Source of the DNA: Thermodesulfobacteriota bacterium
GTDB lineage: Bacteria; Desulfobacterota_D; UBA1144; Nemesobacterales; UBA2774
Length of the DNA stretch: 64,000 nucleotides
Assembly: GCA_965216785.1 (NCBI GenBank)
Contig: OZ244197.1
Span: 1,312,001 to 1,376,000, forward strand
Reading direction: 5' to 3'
Shown here: in pieces, positions 10,314 through 19,239 of the stretch
Layout: each line of letters starts with the position of its first letter
Numbering within the stretch: the first letter of the stretch is position 1
The notes under the pieces: generated by a model
What the model saw: the letters and a program-made list of their open reading frames with translations, nothing else
Database searches by the model: none
Told to the model about the DNA's origin: nothing
Made by a program: the position numbers and the translations under genes

Positions 10314-10330
10314 TTGGCATCCTATTTGTA
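10314..10330 (+). promoter_or_regulatory. Putative sigma54 (-24/-12) promoter
   Basis: TTGGCATCCTATTTGTA = GG-N10-GT, about 40 nt before the cupin start; a sigma54 activator is encoded in the same island. Confidence 0.5.
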
Positions 10331-10369
10331 CTACTGTCATATTAAAAATATCACTAGGAGGTGATAAAT

Positions 10370-10867
10370 ATGTCAGTAAATAATTCTGAGCAGTCAATGA
10401 ATAATTTTGAAGAAGGCCAAGCTTTAGAGCAGCAGCCTATTGTTGTACTTCCGAACGCAGGTGAAAGTTTGGTTATAGGAGGAGGAGAATTTATCCATAA
10501 GGTAAAGAGCGGAGATACGAATAATGTGTTTTCTGTTATTGAGATTATAACTCCTCCCGGGCAAGGCGTATCGGCTCACGTACATGAAAAGGAAGACGAG
10601 CTCGTCTATCTATTGCAAGGCGAAATTGAGGTAACACTCGGTGATCAGACAATGAAGGCGGTTCCTGGTGTTATGGCGCTCTTACCTCGTGGAATACCTC
10701 ATAGTTTTGTAAATGTGGGGGACACCCATAGTATCATTATAGATACGATACTGCCCGGAGCATTCGACAACTACTTTGTAGAAATGGCAGCTCTATATGA
10801 ATCGGGAGAGCCGACGCAGGAACAAGTCGATGCGCTTTCAGTAAAGTACAGCATCAAATATGTATAA
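10370..10867 (+). CDS. Cupin domain protein (quercetin dioxygenase-like)
   Basis: HVHEKEDE and PRGIPH cupin motifs; SD aggaggt before ATG 10370. Confidence 0.85.
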   Translation: MSVNNSEQSMNNFEEGQALEQQPIVVLPNAGESLVIGGGEFIHKVKSGDTNNVFSVIEIITPPGQGVSAHVHEKEDELVYLLQGEIEVTLGDQTMKAVPGVMALLPRGIPHSFVNVGDTHSIIIDTILPGAFDNYFVEMAALYESGEPTQEQVDALSVKYSIKYV

Positions 10868-10920
10868 ATGGGTATATAGCCGTTGTAGAATATCAAAATC
10901 TTATTTGGAGGTAGTCTAAT

Positions 10921-11274
10921 ATGAAACGTTTGAATCTTGTATCAATGTCTTTGGTTTTAGGAATTATATTTTCAGTTGTTATTTGTACTTTCAGTTATGC
11001 AGAAGATGAAGGTACTAAGAGCATACAAGGTAATGTAATATGTCTCATACCTGATTATGCCCATGGAACGGTTAAGCCGGTTATAGCAACGCATCCTTGC
11101 GACGGGCTGCCAACACATCAACATGTTCTGGTAACTGAAGATACTGTTTATTCTCTTCAAGGACTGCAGGACGGTTTAAGGAAGATTGAGCAAAATCCTA
11201 ATAGAACTGATGTGGTGATTGCCGGAAAAGTTAAGGGAAGTGAACAAACAGGTTGGGTTCTTTTTGTAAATTGA
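10921..11274 (+). CDS. Secreted hypothetical protein with Cys/His motifs
   Basis: SD ggagg, signal peptide, GNVICL...HPCDG..HQH. Confidence 0.75.
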   Translation: MKRLNLVSMSLVLGIIFSVVICTFSYAEDEGTKSIQGNVICLIPDYAHGTVKPVIATHPCDGLPTHQHVLVTEDTVYSLQGLQDGLRKIEQNPNRTDVVIAGKVKGSEQTGWVLFVN

Positions 11275-11355
11275 TATAAATTGCTGAGGTGAGATAGCCC
11301 GTCTTGTGTTCCCTAAGTCTATGATTAAAGCAGATGCATAGAAAGCTTATAAGAC

Positions 11356-11391
11356 AGAGGACTCAGTACCTTACAAAGTATTGAGTCCTCT
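11356..11391 (+). terminator. Hairpin after the cupin/secreted-protein pair
   Basis: agaggactcagtac-cttacaaa-gtattgagtcctct inverted repeat. Confidence 0.55.
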
Positions 11392-11575
11392 TCATTTCTA
11401 GTTTACACCCTACAAACTCGTATTCTTCAAAATAACTTAAATACTCAACGGTTCTTGCAGTTCTGATACTAAGTACTAAGATAGTAAAACAGCATCTTTA
11501 TTATACTGCTCCCCATTAAGAACGAAGTATAGTTAAGTTAGTAAAATATCGGTAATACACAGTGGGAGAGCAGCT

Positions 11576-11851
11576 ATGAAACGAAGGAGATGGGACTCTA
11601 AAACCAAGACCAAGATAGTACTCGAAGGATTATCTGGTAGACCCGTATCAGAGATATGCAACGAGTACGAAATACATCAAAATCAATACTACAGCTGGCG
11701 GGATAAATTCTTATTTGAAGCACATAAAGCGTTTGAATCTAAAAAAGATGGTGGAGAAGTAAGTCGTCTTCGTAAGAAGAATCAGGAGCTAACCCAAATA
11801 ATAGGTTCACTCACCGTTGAATTAAAAAAAATAGAGGAAGACATCATATGA
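11576..11851 (+). CDS. IS3-family transposase OrfA (HTH)
   Basis: MKRRRWDSKTKTKIVLE...YYSWR; A8 slippery run at 11824-11831 opens into the orfB frame by a -1 shift. Confidence 0.9.
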   Translation: MKRRRWDSKTKTKIVLEGLSGRPVSEICNEYEIHQNQYYSWRDKFLFEAHKAFESKKDGGEVSRLRKKNQELTQIIGSLTVELKKIEEDII

Positions 11852-12618
11852 GAAAGAAGTCTGACTCTGTATCCCTTCGAAACGAACACTTACTTGAAAG
11901 AATAAAAGATATAAAAGCAGAACATCCCTTCTGGGGTTATAGAAGAGTATGGGCATATCTAAGATATATAGACGGATTAATAGTAAATAAGAAGCGTGTA
12001 TACAGGCTTATGAGAGAGCATAACCTTACTGTCCAACCGAACACTAGACTAATAGCAAAGAGAGTATCAGAAAGACCAAAGCCCAGAGCAGATAGACCTA
12101 TACAGTGGTGGGGCATAGATATGACAAAGGTCATGACTGAGAGTGGCTGGGTATATGTAGTAATAGTACTGGACTGGTATACGAAGAAGTTAATAGGTTA
12201 CTACAGTGGAACAAGAGCTACAAGCAGAGATTGGTTAGAAGCTTTAGAAAAAGGACTTAACAGGGAGTTTACCGGGGGAGTAATGGGACATGGATTAAAG
12301 CTTATGAGTGATAACGGAAGTCAGCCTACTTCACTCAATTTTATGAAAGCCTGTTCTAATCTCGAAGTGGAGCAAGTATTTACCAGCTACAACAACCCAA
12401 AAGGAAATGCAGATACAGAGAGGATGATAAGAACAATGAAAGAGGAGCTCTTTTGGCGTAGGGAGTGGGAGGGAGAAGCAGAGTCAAATAAGGAACTGGA
12501 TAAATGGGTTGATTATTACAACAGACATTACCTTCATTCAGCACACGCATACCGAACACCGATTCAGGCAGAAGAAGTGTATTATAAGAATCATAGCTCA
12601 CATAAAAACGCTGCCTGA
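11848..12618 (+). CDS. IS3-family transposase OrfB (rve/DDE)
   Basis: WGYRRV, WGIDMT, SDNGSQ, NADTERMIRTMKEE, YN..YLHS; ATGA overlap with orfA. Confidence 0.92.
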   Translation: MRKKSDSVSLRNEHLLERIKDIKAEHPFWGYRRVWAYLRYIDGLIVNKKRVYRLMREHNLTVQPNTRLIAKRVSERPKPRADRPIQWWGIDMTKVMTESGWVYVVIVLDWYTKKLIGYYSGTRATSRDWLEALEKGLNREFTGGVMGHGLKLMSDNGSQPTSLNFMKACSNLEVEQVFTSYNNPKGNADTERMIRTMKEELFWRREWEGEAESNKELDKWVDYYNRHYLHSAHAYRTPIQAEEVYYKNHSSHKNAA

Positions 12619-12908
12619 AAATAAGGGGAGCAGGTCACCAACATTACAGAAATTGAGATAGGCTGTGCCTTCTCCCATACTATTTTTCCGAAATGCCTCT
12701 AACAATAGCTTCTAGAAAAAAGCAGTGACGACCCTTGAATATGTTGTATTGACCTAGTTTTGACAAAGTTCAGATATAGAGTACTTTTTATAAATAAGAA
12801 AACTAACCTTTGAGAAGTATAGAACTCTCCAGACGATTGAACACTCCTTTCCTGATAACGTAAGAAGTTGCGACAACCGAAAAGGGAATTTTTCTTAAAA
12901 ATATCCCT

Positions 12909-14105
12909 GTGATAAATACTCGAAAAAAGATAAACGTGCTCCAAGTAGCTACCCTAAACCGGCCTATCAAGCAGGATTTGGGTTACGGTCCTATCGAATC
13001 GGTTATTTACAATATTGATAAAGGCCTACATAAGTCAGGTCATCGTTCGATTGTCGCCTGTTCCGGTGATTCCCGTGTTATCGGAGAACATTACACGACT
13101 ATTGACAAAAGTTTCAGTGAGTACTGGAGTAAAGACACAAATGTACAGCGTGAGAATATGCGCAGACATCTTGACCTATCACTACAAAGGGCAAAAAAAG
13201 GGGACATCGATATCATCCACGTACATGATGCCAATATGGCTGAATTTATTTATAAGGGAGTTTTTAAAAGCCCGGTTCCCATTGTTATGACGCTCCATGT
13301 GCCTGCTGAAGACAAAGGAGCATTCAAGCGGTGGAATGAATCGCTCACTTCCAATTCCGACGCATATTTTGTCCCGATCAGTAAATATCAGAGAAAACAG
13401 CATGCGGGGTTAATCAATGCGCAGAAGGTTATTAGTCACGGTATTGACGTGGAAGATTATCCATTTAAAAGCAATCCGGGAGAACAGGAATATTTGTTCT
13501 CGATCGGAAGAATCACCCAAGATAAAGGGCAGGATAAGGCCATCGAGGTAGCTAAAAGAACGGGTTCTCGGCTTATCCTCGCAGGCAATGTCCAAAACAA
13601 AGAAAAAGACCGGGCATTTTTCAAGGGACTGGAAAAATCATTCGACCTTGTGACCGATGAGGGCAAACCTTTCGTAGGTAGCGAGTATTACGAAAAAGTC
13701 ATGAAACCTATTTTGGATTCGGACAAGCAGATAATCTATATTGGTGAAGTTGACAGCGCCCAGAAAAGACTGTGGTACCGGCACGCTCAGGCGACACTCT
13801 TTCCTATTCAATGGGGCGAACCCTTCGGACTTGTCTTGATTGAATCCATGGCCTGCGGCACACCGGTGCTGGCCTTGAATAAAGGCTCGGTCCCGGAAAT
13901 TGTCATTCATGGCAAAACAGGCTTCGTCGTAGATTCAGTCCATGAAATGGCTGAGGCTGTGAAAGAGATACACCTTATAGATCCCAGTGACTGCCGCAGT
14001 CACGTTAAAGATAATTTCTCAGTCGCCAGTATGGCCGGGAAATATTCCGAGTTGTATCAGCATATTATGGGGGTAAGCGCTTCATGCCAAAAGACATACC
14101 AGTAA
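12909..14105 (+). CDS. Glycosyltransferase family 4
   Basis: GYGPIE, GRITQDKG, WGEPFGLVLIESMACGTPV. Confidence 0.9.
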   Translation: MINTRKKINVLQVATLNRPIKQDLGYGPIESVIYNIDKGLHKSGHRSIVACSGDSRVIGEHYTTIDKSFSEYWSKDTNVQRENMRRHLDLSLQRAKKGDIDIIHVHDANMAEFIYKGVFKSPVPIVMTLHVPAEDKGAFKRWNESLTSNSDAYFVPISKYQRKQHAGLINAQKVISHGIDVEDYPFKSNPGEQEYLFSIGRITQDKGQDKAIEVAKRTGSRLILAGNVQNKEKDRAFFKGLEKSFDLVTDEGKPFVGSEYYEKVMKPILDSDKQIIYIGEVDSAQKRLWYRHAQATLFPIQWGEPFGLVLIESMACGTPVLALNKGSVPEIVIHGKTGFVVDSVHEMAEAVKEIHLIDPSDCRSHVKDNFSVASMAGKYSELYQHIMGVSASCQKTYQ

Positions 14106-16048
14106 GTAACGGGTCCTTTCTTTTGAATTTTGATTCGGACTATCAGATCCGAGACGTTTATTTCCCCTATATCGGGCAGGAAAACCATTCAAGCGGACAT
14201 CCATTCGGCTTTGGGATATGGGCGGACGGACGGTATTCGAAGATTGGGCCGGAATGGGTAAAAGATTTAAGATATCGTCACAATAACCTAGTAACTGATG
14301 TATTTCTAAAAAATGAAGCCTTGGGTTTGGAGCTCCGATGCTCGGATGTAGTAGATTTGGATTTGAACATCTATATCAAAAAAATCGAGGTTATGAACCT
14401 TAAAGACGAATCTCGTCAAGTCCGGCTCTTTTTCAGTCATTACTTTTCTCTTTATGGAAATGACATCGGGGGTACGGCTTATTTTGATCCCCGCAGTTGT
14501 TCGATTGTCCATTACAAAATCAACCGGTACTTTCTGATCAGCTCCTGGGCGCATGACCAATGGGGTGTGCAGCATTTTGACTGTGGTAGAAGAGATGCTT
14601 CGGGAAGTATGGAGACCGTTAAAAAGACAGGAAACGGAGAACTTAGCGGGGTGGCCGCCGCATGGGGCTCGCCTCATTCCACCATCGGCATTTGGCTGGA
14701 ATTGCCCGCCGGGGGCTCAACAAATGCATATTATTGGATGGTGGCGGGCACAACCTATGCTGAAGTCGCTAAGCTCAATTTGGAAGTCCACGATAAAACG
14801 CCTGAAAAACTCCTTAAGCGCTCGTCGAAATACTGGCAAACATGGATACATAATGATTCGTTGAAGCTTCAAGGCTTGCCTAAATCCATGACCGACATTT
14901 ATAACCGAAGCCTGCTTATATTAAGAACGCAAATTGACAACCATGGAGCCATTATTGCCGCCAATGATTCTGAGATTATTCGATTTGGAAAAGATACTTA
15001 TTCCTATATGTGGGGACGGGATGGCGCTTTTGTCGCAGCCGCTTTATCAAAGGCGGGTTACTCGCATCCGTGTATGAAATATTTTGATTTCTGCGCGCGC
15101 ATTTTATCTGACGAAGGCTATTTATTCCAGCATTATAATCCGGACGGATCCCTTGCAAGTAATTGGCATTCCTGGTTAGTCGAGGGCAAAGAGGTCCTTC
15201 CCATCCAGGAAGATTCAACCGCCTTAACTATTTGGGCGCTATGGAAATACTATGAGAGCATGAAAGATGTAGAATTTATTAGGCCTCTTTACAGTAAGCT
15301 CATTAAAAAAGCCGCCGACTTTTTAGTCAGTTACCGTGACCCCCAAACTCATTTGCCTTTACCTTCCTATGATCTTTGGGAAGAACGTTACGCGTTGCAC
15401 GCTTATACGGTTGCATCAGTGATCGCCGGTCTTAGAGCGGCCGCCAATTTCGCGAAGCTCTTTAAGGACACCTCGTTGGCTGAGAAGTATGACTCCGTGG
15501 CCGATGAAATGACGGAGGGAATTATTCAACACCTATACCATAAAGACCTAAAGCGATTTGCCCGTTCGGGCTCCAGAATAGAGGGAGGGTATAAACTTGA
15601 TGAAGTCATTGATATTAGTCTGTTAAGCTTGGCAACACTTGGAGTTTTGAATTCCGATGACCCGCGAATGATTGAAACAGCCCAAGCTATTCACGAGCAG
15701 CTATGGCTTAAAACTCCTATTCAAGGTTGCGCCAGATACCAGGGTGATTTCTATCAGCGTGCGGATGATAGCCCAAAGGATATTCCCGGTAATCCATGGT
15801 TTATTTCGACACTTTGGCTGGCAGAATATTTTATCGATAAGGCTGGGAATCAAGAGCAGCTTCAAGAGACCCTTCCATATCTTGAATGGTGTGTTGAAAA
15901 TTCACTTCCTTCAGGCGTTCTTGCCGAGCAAGTACATCCTGTTACCGGTTCACCTCTTTGTGTTTCGCCTCTCACTTGGAGTCATTCCGCTTTTGTTTGG
16001 ACTGTTCTGCGATACACTGAAAAGGACAAGACGCTCAGAAAACAATAA
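14084..16048 (+). CDS. Glycoside hydrolase family 15 (glucoamylase/trehalase-like)
   Basis: YSYMWGRD, YDLWEER, LAEQV, SPLTWSH; overlaps the GT4 gene. Confidence 0.9.
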   Translation: MPKDIPVSNGSFLLNFDSDYQIRDVYFPYIGQENHSSGHPFGFGIWADGRYSKIGPEWVKDLRYRHNNLVTDVFLKNEALGLELRCSDVVDLDLNIYIKKIEVMNLKDESRQVRLFFSHYFSLYGNDIGGTAYFDPRSCSIVHYKINRYFLISSWAHDQWGVQHFDCGRRDASGSMETVKKTGNGELSGVAAAWGSPHSTIGIWLELPAGGSTNAYYWMVAGTTYAEVAKLNLEVHDKTPEKLLKRSSKYWQTWIHNDSLKLQGLPKSMTDIYNRSLLILRTQIDNHGAIIAANDSEIIRFGKDTYSYMWGRDGAFVAAALSKAGYSHPCMKYFDFCARILSDEGYLFQHYNPDGSLASNWHSWLVEGKEVLPIQEDSTALTIWALWKYYESMKDVEFIRPLYSKLIKKAADFLVSYRDPQTHLPLPSYDLWEERYALHAYTVASVIAGLRAAANFAKLFKDTSLAEKYDSVADEMTEGIIQHLYHKDLKRFARSGSRIEGGYKLDEVIDISLLSLATLGVLNSDDPRMIETAQAIHEQLWLKTPIQGCARYQGDFYQRADDSPKDIPGNPWFISTLWLAEYFIDKAGNQEQLQETLPYLEWCVENSLPSGVLAEQVHPVTGSPLCVSPLTWSHSAFVWTVLRYTEKDKTLRKQ

Positions 16049-16280
16049 TTATCAGAGAAGGAAATATGTTTTTGCTTGATTTGTGTTATGTAGATGATTT
16101 TTGCTTCTTTTCATCCAGGGAAAGAAGACGGGCAGCCCCCCTGGCAAGATGTTTCTTTGAAACTCATTTACTTTAGTTTGGTCTCACCCAAAAGCTGTAC
16201 CGTGCAAATTAGAGATTTCTGACGTTTTTGAATACCTTTTCATATAATCCTCCAGTGTGATTAAATCCAACTTAAACCGA

Positions 16281-16304
16281 GCTTGACAAAAGGGGTGCAG
16301 TACA
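16281..16304. repeat. Solitary IS right-end inverted repeat (distal end of an extended transposon)
   Basis: gcttgacaaaaggggtgcagtaca; reverse complement TGTACTGCACCCC matches the IRL at 11/13; followed by TTAT, which also precedes the IRL. Confidence 0.7.
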
Positions 16305-16436
16305 TTATCTACATCTACCTTAAGCAGATTTCCCAACTTATTTAGTAATTCACAGAAATTACAGTTCTATTGCGCTTACAACGTAATTGTGATTATATAA
16401 CTAAAGGTAGGTAAAACTTATGAATAATAGAGAGTT

Positions 16437-18038
16437 ATGATGAGTAGCAATATATCTACAGATAAAGAATCCCTACAGCTATTTACATCTGATGGGGAAT
16501 TCTCTGATGAATCTGTGAAATTGCTGATTGAAAAAACTATTTCTGTTACAGGTAAAGACTTTTTTAAAATTCTTGTGAAAAACCTCTCAGAAGTATTGGG
16601 AGTGAATTACGTCTTTGTATCAAAATGTCTAAATTTGGAAAAAACAAGAGTAAAAACTCTGGCTTTTTGGGAAAATAACAAATTTGGTAAAGAGTTGGAG
16701 TATGACCTTGAGGGTACCCCTTGTCGGAATGTTATATCAGGTAAGTTTTGTTGTCATGATGATAATGTCATAAGTTTATATCCTAATGATAAGGATTTAA
16801 TCTATTATAATGCTAAATGTTATTTAGGTATCCCCATTTATAATTCAAAAAGTTTAGTCGAAGGACACTTGGCTATATTTCACGATGAATCTTTTAAAGA
16901 TATCTCCAGATATTATTCGATTTTGCAAATTTTTGCTCTAAGAGCTGGTGCTGAAATGGAAAGAATTGAAATAGAAAACTCATTAAACCAGAGCCATGCT
17001 AAATTGGGAAAAGCATTTGAGGAAATTGAAAAACTAAAAGACCAGCTTGAAATGGAAAATCAATCTCTTCAAGAAGAGATAAAGGAATCCCATAACTATG
17101 AAGAGATAATAGGCGATAGTAAGGTTCTAAAAAATGTTTTAAGCAAAGTTGAACTGGTATCTGATACAGATTCCACAGTGTTAATCAGAGGAGATACCGG
17201 AACAGGAAAGGAGCGTATTGCAAGGGCTATTCATAATCTGAGTTCGAGAAGTAAAAGAGCTTTAATCAAAGTTAATTGCCCCGCTATCCCATCAGCACTA
17301 ATTGAAAGTGAATTATTCGGACACGAAAAGGGGGCATTTACAGGAGCACTTGCTAAGAAAATTGGAAAATTTGAGTTAGCTGATGGCGGTTCCATATTTC
17401 TTGATGAGTTAGGAGATCTTCCGCTCGATGCCCAAGCAAAACTGCTTAGAGTACTTCAGGAAAGGGAATTTGAAAGGGTTGGAGGCACTGAAACACTAAA
17501 TGTGGATGTCCGGATTATCGCTGCAACTAATAGGGATTTAGAGACTGCCGTAAAGGACGGGACGTTTCGAGCGGATCTGTATTACAGATTAAATGTGTTC
17601 CCGATAGATGTTCCTCGACTCGAAGAACGCAAGGAAGATATCCAACTGCTCGCTACGTATTTCACACAGAAATATGCACGTAAAATTGGTAGAAAGGTAA
17701 AGTCAATAAAAGAAAAGGATATCAAGAGGTTGAAGTCTTATTCATGGCCCGGAAATATAAGGGAATTGGAAAACATAATTGAAAGAGCTGTCATTCTTTC
17801 AAAGGGTCAAAACCTTGAGATAAGCGAAGACTTCTTTAGTGCCTTATCAGATGCGCCCGGTTTAGAAGCAAGGAGTTTGAAATTGGATGACAATGAGCGA
17901 AATCATATTATCAACATTCTAAACAAAACCAAGTGGCGTATTCATGGGGATAAGGGAGCAGCAAAAATATTGGGCATAAACCCAAATACCCTAAGAAGCC
18001 GTATTGTAAAATTAGGGATCAAAAAAGAAGAATTATAG
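16437..18038 (+). CDS. Sigma54-dependent transcriptional activator (GAF, AAA+, Fis-type HTH; FhlA-like)
   Basis: GDTGTGKE, ESELFGHEKGAFTGA, FLDE, WPGNIRELEN, GAAKILGINPNTL. Confidence 0.93.
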   Translation: MMSSNISTDKESLQLFTSDGEFSDESVKLLIEKTISVTGKDFFKILVKNLSEVLGVNYVFVSKCLNLEKTRVKTLAFWENNKFGKELEYDLEGTPCRNVISGKFCCHDDNVISLYPNDKDLIYYNAKCYLGIPIYNSKSLVEGHLAIFHDESFKDISRYYSILQIFALRAGAEMERIEIENSLNQSHAKLGKAFEEIEKLKDQLEMENQSLQEEIKESHNYEEIIGDSKVLKNVLSKVELVSDTDSTVLIRGDTGTGKERIARAIHNLSSRSKRALIKVNCPAIPSALIESELFGHEKGAFTGALAKKIGKFELADGGSIFLDELGDLPLDAQAKLLRVLQEREFERVGGTETLNVDVRIIAATNRDLETAVKDGTFRADLYYRLNVFPIDVPRLEERKEDIQLLATYFTQKYARKIGRKVKSIKEKDIKRLKSYSWPGNIRELENIIERAVILSKGQNLEISEDFFSALSDAPGLEARSLKLDDNERNHIINILNKTKWRIHGDKGAAKILGINPNTLRSRIVKLGIKKEEL

Positions 18039-18256
18039 ATCTATTTGAAACCAAATATTCTGATATCTCAATGTACTAAGAACTTTCATGTTTGTATCCG
18101 TATTTCTGATTCTTAATAGATTAAAGCACTTGTATAAAGGGTAAAGCCGGAAAAGATAGAAAAACTCCTAGTAATGATATATTATATAAGACCCTAAAAA
18201 TCAAATTCAGAGATTTTAGTTAGCTGCGCAGTTAACCTATCTAAAAAAGTCAACAA

Positions 18257-18340
18257 GGGCGGGTGGTGAAATTGGCAGACACGACGGCCTCAAAAGCCGT
18301 TGGACTCACGTCCGTGGGGGTTCGAGTCCCCCCCCGCCCA
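18257..18340 (+). tRNA. tRNA-Leu(CAA), CCA not encoded
   Basis: Acceptor GGGCGGG/CCCGCCC, anticodon arm ACGGC-CTCAAAA-GCCGT, long variable arm, GGTTCGAGTCC. Confidence 0.96.
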
Positions 18341-18389
18341 GATTCAAACATGATTCGTGATATAAAATACATTATACAGAATTAAAAGG

Positions 18390-18458
18390 CTGGATCCTGA
18401 AACAAGTTCAGGGTGATAGTATATATGGATAGGTTCCGGGTCGGAGTCCGGAATGACA
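18390..18458. repeat. Two adjacent REP-like palindromes
   Basis: cctgaaacaagttcagggtga and ttccgggtcggagtccggaatgaca hairpins just downstream of the tRNA. Confidence 0.5.
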
Positions 18459-18461
18459 AAC

Positions 18462-18487
18462 AAAAAAGGGAACCGAAGCTCCCTTTT
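18462..18487 (-). terminator. Terminator of the IPTL-CTERM gene (conserved family hairpin)
   Basis: Minus strand aaaagggagcttcggttccctttttt. Confidence 0.8.
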
Positions 18488-18519
18488 AGTGTTCTGAATG
18501 ATTTGGATTTAAATTCTGT

Positions 18520-19008
18520 TTAAGCGGTTACTTGCCTGCGGCGTATTACGAAATAGCCTACTACACCAAAGCCCAGAACCAGTGCTATAGCCCCCCACTC
18601 TGAAAGCGTCGGAATCGTCTCTGTTCTGGAATTTATAAAAGTACAAGTAGCATTAGCATTTCCATCGCACGCGATAGTAACTCCTGAATTGACAATGGTA
18701 GTAGTTACATCATCTTCTTCCCCAAACTCGCAGTCTATGTCTCTGAGCACCCATCCGTCAACGGCTCCCTGCGTGACCGTTACGGTTTCGTTAATCAGTA
18801 AGAATGCCTTACCTATGCCAAGCGGTTGAAGAGTGAACTCTTCTGTAACAGCACCCGTAACTGTGAACGGGAACTCCGTTTCACTCTCGGGTATGGTTTC
18901 TACATCTAATAAGATAGCACAACCCTGAGCCTTTACGTCAGCGCTAAATAGGAGCGCGCCGGATGACGCAATAACAGCTACAAACAAAATACTTATTATA
19001 TATCTCAT
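18520..19008 (-). CDS. IPTL-CTERM sorting-domain protein (prealbumin/SpaA-like beta domain)
   Basis: Signal peptide, ATCTFINS, IPTLSEWG, TM helix, RRR. Confidence 0.85.
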   Translation of the reverse strand: MRYIISILFVAVIASSGALLFSADVKAQGCAILLDVETIPESETEFPFTVTGAVTEEFTLQPLGIGKAFLLINETVTVTQGAVDGWVLRDIDCEFGEEDDVTTTIVNSGVTIACDGNANATCTFINSRTETIPTLSEWGAIALVLGFGVVGYFVIRRRQVTA

Positions 19009-19097
19009 AGTACCCTCCTTTATTTTATTGCACTCTATTATAACACGGCTTTACATAATCAAAATTCTTGTAACCTCGGCTAACAAGGCTATATGAT

Positions 19098-19120
19098 AAA
19101 AAAGGGAGCCGAAGCTCCCT
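19098..19120 (-). terminator. Orphan copy of the IPTL-associated terminator hairpin
   Basis: Minus strand agggagcttcggctccctttttt with no convincing gene ending upstream. Confidence 0.7.
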
Positions 19121-19239
19121 GTATGTTTTAATTTCCCTATTGCAATATTCTTCTCTCTGTAGTATTTATAATCAATACCAATATTCATTAGAAGCAGAGA
19201 AGGCGGGTAAGAGAAATAAAGTCTAAAGGGGGACTCACT

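Larger units (their letters stand above)
11502..12637 (+). mobile_element. IS3-family insertion sequence (IS2-like TA...CA ends)
   Basis: IRL TATACTGCTCCCC at 11502-11514; IRR reverse complement TGACCTGCTCCCC at 12625-12637; orfA and orfB between them. Confidence 0.85.
10017..18320. mobile_element. tRNA-Leu-associated genomic island bounded by a 67 bp exact direct repeat
   Basis: 10017-10083 equals 18254-18320; interior is visibly AT-richer, contains an IS and accessory genes; no integrase inside. Confidence 0.75.

Noticed and set aside
16052-16243. Minus-strand ORF with strong SD (GGAGG) and an in-frame TGA after 19 codons, possible selenoprotein
   Set aside because: No recognisable SECIS hairpin or redox motif; more likely a gene remnant at the transposon end
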